A stretch of 25,267 nt of DNA from positions 1 through 25,267 of the IMG/VR virus record IMGVR_UViG_3300020399_000007. The stretch is one strand, 5' to 3'. Numbering within the stretch: the first letter of the stretch is position 1; each line of letters starts with the position of its first letter. This DNA is from a virus (taxonomy: Duplodnaviria; Caudoviricetes). The notes under the pieces are model-generated. The model saw only the letters and a list, made by a program, of their open reading frames with translations. It made no database searches and was not told where the DNA came from. Below, in pieces: positions 18,057 through 24,068 of this stretch. A program made the position numbers and the translations under genes.

Positions 18057-18100
18057 CTATGACCTCTACCTCCTCAAAGGGTATGTAACTGTAAAATCTT

Positions 18101-18262
18101 TTAACCATATATCTGTCTCGCTGTCCATACATCTGAACTTTCTGCTGCTGATTCCCAACAAAATTTATGAGCGTCATAGCCATCAGCTGTACACCATGAC
18201 TCTTCACCCTTTTCTATACCTTCTTCACAGAACCAGCACTCACTATCGTAGACTACTGTCAT
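18101..18262 (-). CDS. 53-aa Zn-finger protein not in the ORF track (MTVVYDSECWFCEEGIEKGEESWCTADGYDAHKFCWESAAESSDVWTARQIYG)
   Basis: CxxC...HxxC pattern, GGAG RBS 7 nt before ATG; fills the gap before polA. Confidence 0.75.
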   Translation of the reverse strand: MTVVYDSECWFCEEGIEKGEESWCTADGYDAHKFCWESAAESSDVWTARQIYG

Positions 18263-18458
18263 TTGCAACTCCAATCTCAGGGAAATTCTCCCGTTGTTTC
18301 TGGGAAGCCCTCATCATAACATCTCCGGCAAAGGCTGTCAACACCTTACGCATTTGTTCTTTACTAAATGTTAGTAGGCCACATGTATTACACTGTAGTT
18401 CACCTGGATTATCTTCTCTAAAGGATGTACCATTACACTTCTGACAGCTCATCTTCAA
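18243..18458 (-). CDS. Zn-ribbon protein (likely start at ATG 18452)
   Basis: CQKC...GELQCNTCG, a TFIIB-like Zn-ribbon spacing. Confidence 0.75.
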   Translation of the reverse strand: MKMSCQKCNGTSFREDNPGELQCNTCGLLTFSKEQMRKVLTAFAGDVMMRASQKQRENFPEIGVANDSSLR

Positions 18459-18975
18459 CCTCTTTCATTAATGTAAATGTTTGCTTACCATTTACAAGTA
18501 TCTCGTTAACTTCTTTGTGGTTCATCATGTATTTTATTTGTGTCATGATAGTGGAAGCATTTAACTTACTACGTTTTTGTAATACCTTTATACTAGTATT
18601 CTCCATTACATGCCAATGCTTTAGTAATGTACTTCGTGACTTAAGAAACCGCATGTCTTTTATTTGTTTCTTACTTCTATCTTCTGGTGCTATTACTGTA
18701 CCAACCTCATCATTAAAGAGGTCAGGCATCCAATCATGCTGACACTCATTACACATACCACAGATACGGTAGCGATACAAGCGGTGTGGGTGCATAGTTA
18801 GGTCTACTTTTTTACTACAACCAACACACTCACCTTTTTCTACTGCATCTCTAGGGGTTCTACCAAAGAACTTAAGTGCAGTCTCATCCATAACCTGTAG
18901 CATACTGTCTGTTAGTATTTCTGATACTCGCATATGTCTATTACCTTTACCTTCACCTAGTGGCATCCTTAACAT
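18433..18975 (-). CDS. Zn-finger plus probable winged-helix DNA-binding protein
   Basis: CVGC and CGMCNECQ, then a C-terminal helix-turn-helix/wing pattern (TSIKVLQKRSKLNASTIMTQIKYM...EV...GKQTFTL). Confidence 0.6.
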   Translation of the reverse strand: MLRMPLGEGKGNRHMRVSEILTDSMLQVMDETALKFFGRTPRDAVEKGECVGCSKKVDLTMHPHRLYRYRICGMCNECQHDWMPDLFNDEVGTVIAPEDRSKKQIKDMRFLKSRSTLLKHWHVMENTSIKVLQKRSKLNASTIMTQIKYMMNHKEVNEILVNGKQTFTLMKEVEDELSEV

Positions 18976-19700
18976 CCAACTCCTATTCGTTGTACGGCAG
19001 CATCATAGTAGTCCTTGACTACCTCACTACCTATAAAGTGTCTATTTAATCTCTTAGCAACAGCACCAGTAGTGCCTGTACCCATGAATGGATCATAAAT
19101 GCTATCACCTTCATTGCTAAAGTTCAATAGGATTTTTTCTACTAAAGCTTCAGGCATTTGTGCAGCGTGTTTGTCTACCTTCTCATGTGGTAGTGGCCGA
19201 CCGACATCCCATACATCATCTAACGTACCTCTATCAAACGTACCCTTAAGCCTGAACTGTCTGCTAATAGGGTAGTCTCTCTCGAACACCAGTATAAGTT
19301 CAGACCGGCGATTCAATACTTGTTGTTGCATAGCTGGCTGTCCATACCCCTTATCCCATACAATAATTTCTTTAAGATTGTGGGAGAAGTTTCCAATTAT
19401 ATTAAACCATGCACGTTTACTGCCAGTAACAATGCTAATGTTATAAAAGATTAGGTCAGAGATATTAAGCAGACCTTCAAGCACTGAGCTATGGAAATCT
19501 GTGTACTCATCAATCGGCATGTTATCTGTGAAGCCCTCATACTTATTACTAAACTCATTAGTAATCTGTCGGCTACGATACTTACCATTCATAATACGAA
19601 GATTCATATTGTAAGGGGGTGATGTCACTACCAAATCAACATGGTGTAAATCAGATATGATATCTACACAGCTCTCGTTAAACAATTTACTTCTTACCAT
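18969..19700 (-). CDS. Orphan beta-class DNA amino-methyltransferase (N4-C or N6-A)
   Basis: Catalytic TSPPYN precedes the SAM-binding DPFMGTGTT; HAAQMP. No adjacent restriction enzyme recognised. Confidence 0.93.
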   Translation of the reverse strand: MVRSKLFNESCVDIISDLHHVDLVVTSPPYNMNLRIMNGKYRSRQITNEFSNKYEGFTDNMPIDEYTDFHSSVLEGLLNISDLIFYNISIVTGSKRAWFNIIGNFSHNLKEIIVWDKGYGQPAMQQQVLNRRSELILVFERDYPISRQFRLKGTFDRGTLDDVWDVGRPLPHEKVDKHAAQMPEALVEKILLNFSNEGDSIYDPFMGTGTTGAVAKRLNRHFIGSEVVKDYYDAAVQRIGVGC

Positions 19701-19776
19701 CTAACAATCCTTTTATCACTATGTATAACATAATTGCAAACAAGCCGTAATACATATCATTTAGAAAAGATTGCAT
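19687..19776 (-). CDS. 29-aa putative membrane peptide (MQSFLNDMYYGLFAIMLYIVIKGLLDGKK)
   Basis: Bridges the 19701-19760 gap and overlaps both neighbours. One hydrophobic helix followed by lysines; GGGA upstream. Confidence 0.55.
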   Translation of the reverse strand: MQSFLNDMYYGLFAIMLYIVIKGLLDGKK

Positions 19777-20048
19777 ATCTTATCCCACATCTTACTTAGA
19801 TTTGACCTGGTATTTCTATCATATACACGTATCCAATAGTTACACAGCTCATTAACTGTACCTGCTACCTCATCTTTTTCTAAATTGTTAGCACGTTCAT
19901 ACTTCTCAAGAGATAGTAGAACATCAGTTCGTATATGCTGTAGTACAGCCAGTGCTAGCTCTCTATTGTCAAGGTGTTTTTCTCTATGTACCCAACTCAC
20001 TTCTATATCCTCCTGTAGTATTGCTTGATTCTTGTAGTAACCCATCAA
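19761..20048 (-). CDS. Hypothetical protein
   Basis: 95 aa, AGGAGGA RBS, coupled to the upstream stop. Confidence 0.7.
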   Translation of the reverse strand: MMGYYKNQAILQEDIEVSWVHREKHLDNRELALAVLQHIRTDVLLSLEKYERANNLEKDEVAGTVNELCNYWIRVYDRNTRSNLSKMWDKICNLF

Positions 20049-20323
20049 TCCTCCTGTGCTTGCTCATGATTATGCTCATCAACTGCATCATTGTCATACC
20101 AATTTAATCCTTGGTCTAAGTAAGAGTCATAAGCTTCTGATTCTTTAGGACCTAGTAAACGCCACTGACCATTTGTTAGTAGCTCATCATCATCTACTGT
20201 CTTTGTAATATACTTAGTGATAGCATCACTGATAATATTCTCAGGTAATTTTATAAGAGCTTGGTGCTCACCTGATACAAACTCTACATACATTGGTTGT
20301 TCTTGATTCATTCTGGTAACCAT
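20045..20323 (-). CDS. Hypothetical acidic protein
   Basis: ORF in the tightly packed operon; probable start at the second Met (20311), which overlaps the upstream stop. Confidence 0.7.
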   Translation of the reverse strand: MVTRMNQEQPMYVEFVSGEHQALIKLPENIISDAITKYITKTVDDDELLTNGQWRLLGPKESEAYDSYLDQGLNWYDNDAVDEHNHEQAQED

Positions 20324-20742
20324 CCTGCTACTTGCATACCTTCTTCTTTATAAAACCATGAGAAGTGTAAGTCGGGATACTTATTTACTAACTCCTGATA
20401 GATACCTGAAGGTGGTCCCCATGCTGTATCAAAAGTAAGCTGTACTTCATCGTCAGCTATATACAAATCCTCACTGGATGAAGCAGTCCACTTAGTTCCC
20501 CAGTTTTTTATACACCAGTCATACCCAATGTCGTTGTACCATTTCTGATATGGATGATCTAGTTGTTCTGTTAGAGTAGCATTAGGTTTCAAATCATCTC
20601 TTGATGGTGCACTATCAGGGTAGGGCATAACTTTTTCAAAGTCTATTACCCCACCTGTAATGCACTCATCTACAAATTGCTTTAACTGTTCTTCATTCTT
20701 ATGGCCGTATATACTTACTTCATTCGTGCACCAGTTAGGCAT
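20308..20742 (-). CDS. DUF1281/YubB ferredoxin-like domain protein
   Basis: Signature motifs MPNWCTN, IDF..V.P.P, YDWC..NWGTKW, FDTAWGPP and Y.EEG. Confidence 0.88.
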   Translation of the reverse strand: MPNWCTNEVSIYGHKNEEQLKQFVDECITGGVIDFEKVMPYPDSAPSRDDLKPNATLTEQLDHPYQKWYNDIGYDWCIKNWGTKWTASSSEDLYIADDEVQLTFDTAWGPPSGIYQELVNKYPDLHFSWFYKEEGMQVAGWLPE

Positions 20743-20983
20743 CGCTGTTCTCTCCTAAGTCTTCTTCTAGTATTTCTTTTATGATTGCCATCAATCTTTC
20801 CTCATCAACACGTATGTTTATGGAACAATCTGTATTGTTATAGCCATCTCCTTCACCGCTGACGCTTATCTCATAGTCTATCTCACAGATACTACCGTGA
20901 TCCTCAATGGCTGGTGCTAGGTGTCTGCCTAGTGCCCGTGTAATATCTTCTATTGTTCCCGCAGTTAATGTTATGTTAGACAT
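20735..20983 (-). CDS. Hypothetical acidic protein
   Basis: 82 aa, AGGAG RBS, overlapping neighbours. Confidence 0.7.
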   Translation of the reverse strand: MSNITLTAGTIEDITRALGRHLAPAIEDHGSICEIDYEISVSGEGDGYNNTDCSINIRVDEERLMAIIKEILEEDLGENSDA

Positions 20984-21437
20984 ATATATCTATCTCCTGT
21001 TCTTTCTGTATTTCATCTACCCAATTAAGCATATCTCTGATAGCCCAAAAGGTTTGACCTGGTTCAACATAAATATTTTCCAGTAGTTGTAACTGGTATT
21101 TAATATCCATTACTTTACTTCTTACTAAGTCATCTTGTTGTTCTAAGTAGCACCTATCACATCCATGCTCATAAGCACAGAGTTCAATGTTGCTTGCTAT
21201 CTTTACATACTGTCCGCATATAGTACATACATCACAGAACGTAGACTCTAGTGTGGTACTATGTTCTACATGTATAAAGTAATCCGGATCAATTATTAAA
21301 TTCTTAGTACCACTAGCCCAGTTAAAGCAACCTTCACATAAAAACTGGTAGTCTGAGTAAGCATCAGGGTCACGGCCTTCCTTATGTGGGAAGTACACTC
21401 GACCCTCTGTTCTTTTATATAGTAGTGCCATTACCAT
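20976..21437 (-). CDS. Cys-rich hypothetical protein
   Basis: CEGC, CDVCTIC and C...GCDRC motifs; AGGAG RBS. Confidence 0.7.
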   Translation of the reverse strand: MVMALLYKRTEGRVYFPHKEGRDPDAYSDYQFLCEGCFNWASGTKNLIIDPDYFIHVEHSTTLESTFCDVCTICGQYVKIASNIELCAYEHGCDRCYLEQQDDLVRSKVMDIKYQLQLLENIYVEPGQTFWAIRDMLNWVDEIQKEQEIDIYV

Positions 21438-21766
21438 GTACTCCTAAAGTAATATGTCTGGTCGTGGTATGATACCTGTACAAAGTCGTCAATCAATAAG
21501 TCATATGCCACATCTTTGAAGTTGATTGCTGAATATATAATAGGGTCTAAGTCCATCACAGTACTATCAGTTTCATACATAGCTTGAGCAAACATACCCT
21601 CATCATAGTATGTACCTGCATATACATCTGCGTCTGGAAAACCTTCTTGAAAGTATTCAATGAATGCCCTTATTGCATCAGCAGGTACATCTTCATTACC
21701 CCTCATGAGTATCATGTCAGGTATATTATCTAACGTATGTTGCGTTATCTTAGTTGCTATTGTCAT
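21431..21766 (-). CDS. ardA: ArdA-like antirestriction (DNA mimic) protein, short form
   Basis: Very acidic. YAGTYYDEGMFAQ...IYSAINFKDVAYDL..DDF resembles the ArdA C-terminal pattern (Y.G.Y.S..DFA...YID.E..ARDL...DY). Early-region location. Confidence 0.65.
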   Translation of the reverse strand: MTIATKITQHTLDNIPDMILMRGNEDVPADAIRAFIEYFQEGFPDADVYAGTYYDEGMFAQAMYETDSTVMDLDPIIYSAINFKDVAYDLLIDDFVQVSYHDQTYYFRSTW

Positions 21767-21981
21767 TAGTCCACCCTTTCTCTACTACTAAACGCGAAGT
21801 CATTGCCATTCCAATGCTCATCTTGTCGTAGGTCTTGCCATATATGTATAGCCATACCCTCTATGTTACGGATATTCTCAGCCTCTACATGTTCCCCTGA
21901 ATCCGTCAAGCCATCTTCTACAGCTTGTATCAATTCAATCAGGGTCATGTCACTATGTACTTCCATCTTTAATCTTGGCAT
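21766..21981 (-). CDS. Hypothetical protein
   Basis: 71 aa, GGAG RBS, TAATG coupling to the next gene. Confidence 0.7.
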   Translation of the reverse strand: MPRLKMEVHSDMTLIELIQAVEDGLTDSGEHVEAENIRNIEGMAIHIWQDLRQDEHWNGNDFAFSSRERVD

Positions 21982-22142
21982 AGTTTAATCTCCATCCTTT
22001 GTACTACCTCTAAAGCCTCTTCAATTTCATCTAGTGAGTACCCTAACTCTAATCCAAAAGGATTCTCTCGTGCCTCACTTAGTCTGTCATTGACTACATC
22101 TACAATTATATTTAGTGATGTATTCCATGATGTCTTTGACAT
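21969..22142 (-). CDS. 57-aa hypothetical protein not in the ORF track (MSKTSWNTSLNIIVDVVNDRLSEARENPFGLELGYSLDEIEEALEVVQRMEIKLCQD)
   Basis: GAGGAG RBS 5 nt before the ATG; overlaps the next gene. Confidence 0.75.
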   Translation of the reverse strand: MSKTSWNTSLNIIVDVVNDRLSEARENPFGLELGYSLDEIEEALEVVQRMEIKLCQD

Positions 22143-22154
22143 ACAATCTCCTCT

Positions 22155-22626
22155 CTAGTATCTACCTGTTAGATACAAGTGGATCCAGTAGCAGCATCAG
22201 TGCCCTTAGTGTGCACTACACCAATACAATGGCAAGGAGTTCGCCGTTAGTCATACCTCATACCTCTATCTAATAGGTTCTTACAGGATGTGCTGTTTAT
22301 ACCAGTCCTTAAACCAATGGGGTGTCCATCGGCAGCCCAGCCTATGCTAGATAGAGTTACTCAATCGGTAAGTAACTACTGAATCCACTTGTATGTAATA
22401 GGTAATACTAGGCCAACAGATAAGAAAGGAGTAGGGGATGAATATACCCTTGTTAAATTATCTGCTGACCCAGTACCAACATGGTCGTAAGGTATGATCG
22501 AGAGGGGTCACATACCTTACTAGAGAGACACTTAACACAGCTTTGTAAATAGTTTCTAATTATTTTACATGCTAAGTATCTCTCTAGTAAGGGGGAACTA
22601 TACGGCAGCAAGCTCCCACTGACTAG
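22155..22626. ncRNA. Non-coding chain of five long, mostly overlapping inverted repeats (candidate structured RNA)
   Basis: H1 22155-22411 (~37-bp closing stem), H2 22407-22474 (17 bp), H3 22487-22520 (10 bp), H4 22515-22592 (23 bp), H5 22584-22626 (16 bp). All five imperfect pairs in H2 and H4 are G-U on the - strand. Confidence 0.6.
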
Positions 22627-22644
22627 ACTTTATTTAGATTTCAT

Positions 22645-22920
22645 TTAACGAGCGCCTCGACGGGGAGCTTCAATAGCTTCACCATCATCAGCCCCACCGA
22701 ATTGCTCGGCAGCTAAGACAGCTAGCTTAGCCCACGTTGTAGCTGTAATAGGAGGTGCCATCTTAGTGTAGACATCACCACCATCTTTGTATTGAGTAGA
22801 CTTGCCGAAGCTAATCTGCTTAACACCGTTGTATTCTGATTGCCATGCAACCAGTGTAGTGTTTTCGCCAACACTAATGCGTACCGCATCTTCCGGTACT
22901 TCCACAAAACTTTTAGCCAT
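22645..22920 (-). CDS. PC4/YdbC-like single-stranded nucleic-acid-binding protein
   Basis: RISVG...LVAWQSEYNGVKQISF......DGG...TK....ITATTWAKL follows the PC4 strand/helix pattern. GAAAGG RBS. Confidence 0.6.
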   Translation of the reverse strand: MAKSFVEVPEDAVRISVGENTTLVAWQSEYNGVKQISFGKSTQYKDGGDVYTKMAPPITATTWAKLAVLAAEQFGGADDGEAIEAPRRGAR

Positions 22921-22974
22921 TTCATTACCTTTCTTTTGACTATTATTTTATCTTTGAGTATTCTGCCGAACCCT

Positions 22975-23014
22975 CACCAAAACTGACCGACCGACTGGAC
23001 ACCCCGTAGGGGTG
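22975..23014 (-). repeat. Early intergenic element, copy A
   Basis: + strand: CACCAAAACTGAC-N8-TGGA-CACCCC-GTA-GGGGTG. Confidence 0.75.
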
Positions 23015-23018
23015 GTGC

Positions 23019-23450
23019 CTAGCCCATCAATCTAATTAACTCAGCCATCTCATCTGCATTGCTGAAGTTATTTATATTCTTAAGAAAGTAATCACGAGTA
23101 TCATTTATTACTGCATACTCTACCTTCTCATTATCATCACCTGCTAGAGTAGATTGCCAGTGGTCACTCCACCTTACTACTAATGATGTAGATACCATGC
23201 CGCCACCTACACGATGATGACCTGCCGGGGTTATATGGATACTACCATCCATATCCTTAGCAAATATATTGTGCTTTACTACACTCATCAATGAGTTCTT
23301 AAAGGTACGCCAGTCATTAGTCTGGTCTTTATATAACAGATGATGTTTAACCTGCATAGCAAGTTCCTCTATAGTTTCCTCATAGTAGTCACGCTCAGCG
23401 TCATCATAATCAAACGGTATCCCTCTTCTATTAACTAGTTGACTATCCAT
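23019..23450 (-). CDS. Hypothetical early protein
   Basis: 143 aa, AAGGAG RBS. Confidence 0.75.
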   Translation of the reverse strand: MDSQLVNRRGIPFDYDDAERDYYEETIEELAMQVKHHLLYKDQTNDWRTFKNSLMSVVKHNIFAKDMDGSIHITPAGHHRVGGGMVSTSLVVRWSDHWQSTLAGDDNEKVEYAVINDTRDYFLKNINNFSNADEMAELIRLMG

Positions 23451-23682
23451 CTATATACTCCTTATCTTCTATACTACTACCACATATAACACAGTAGAAG
23501 TATTGTATCTTCTGATACACTGCGTTACCTTGCCCTACAAATCCTAGCTTAGTAACTAACTGTGTCTCATGGCATACCTTATCGGTATCCTTTATGTTAT
23601 GGGTAGCGTGTACTACGTCACCCTGTTGATAGGTATTAACCCATCGCTTAGTTCCTTCTTTACCGTACTCAACAAATGGCAT
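23443..23682 (-). CDS. Hypothetical early protein with a CxxC motif
   Basis: 79 aa, AAGGAG RBS, CVICG. Confidence 0.7.
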   Translation of the reverse strand: MPFVEYGKEGTKRWVNTYQQGDVVHATHNIKDTDKVCHETQLVTKLGFVGQGNAVYQKIQYFYCVICGSSIEDKEYIDG

Positions 23683-23728
23683 GTTTAACTCCTTACATTA
23701 TTGATACCATGTATATACCAAACCGACT

Positions 23729-23772
23729 CACCAATATTGACGATGGGTTTGGATAGACCCCGAAGGGGTCTA
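23729..23772 (-). repeat. Early intergenic element, copy B
   Basis: + strand: CACCAATATTGAC-N8-TGGA-TAGACCCC-GAA-GGGGTCTA. Confidence 0.8.
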
Positions 23773-23780
23773 GTCCCTCA

Positions 23781-23978
23781 CTATTTCTTTACCTTTAAGT
23801 ATTCATCTCGTTCATTATCTAACAAGTAATGATACTCATCGTAAGCCTCATTTGGACTTACATAGGGTAGAATATCTCCATTTACTGTTAGTAATTGATT
23901 GTCTACTAACTGTACTAATTCCCCTTTAAGAGTGTAAAACTCTAGGGTATTAGTATCGTCTACGTTTACTTTAGCCAT
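23781..23978 (-). CDS. Hypothetical early protein
   Basis: 65 aa, GAGGA RBS. Confidence 0.7.
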   Translation of the reverse strand: MAKVNVDDTNTLEFYTLKGELVQLVDNQLLTVNGDILPYVSPNEAYDEYHYLLDNERDEYLKVKK

Positions 23979-24000
23979 TACTGTATATCCTCTCTGGCTG

Positions 24001-24044
24001 CACTAAAGATGACAAAGCGGGTGGATAGACCCCGTAGGGGTCTA
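24001..24044 (-). repeat. Early intergenic element, copy C
   Basis: + strand: CACTAAAGATGAC-N8-TGGA-TAGACCCC-GTA-GGGGTCTA. Confidence 0.8.
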
Positions 24045-24068
24045 GTCTCTGTCATTCTCTAGTATGTC

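Noticed and set aside
17935-18207. 90-aa ORF from the track
   Set aside because: Overlaps polA by 122 nt; another frame gives a better 53-aa CxxC/HxxC protein with an RBS (18101-18262).
6486-18742. Many + strand ORFs of 60-152 aa opposite RNR, ATPase, nuclease, SSB, helicase and polA
   Set aside because: Antisense shadows of well-supported genes, with no recognisable motifs.
22155-22626. tRNA, tmRNA, RNase P or SRP RNA
   Set aside because: No T-loop or cloverleaf, tmRNA termini, GAGGAAAGUCC motif or SRP helix-8 motif seen on either strand.
22722-22925. 67-aa alternative-frame ORF over the PC4-like gene
   Set aside because: Almost fully nested in the better-supported 91-aa frame, and its ATG is too close to the GAAAGG RBS.
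22975-24044. Repeated early elements as CRISPR or TIGR arrays, hammerhead ribozymes or classic intrinsic terminators
   Set aside because: Copies are separated by whole genes; no CCA-N9-TG dual-spacer unit or Nop-domain gene recognised; no CUGANGA plus GAAA core; no U-tract.
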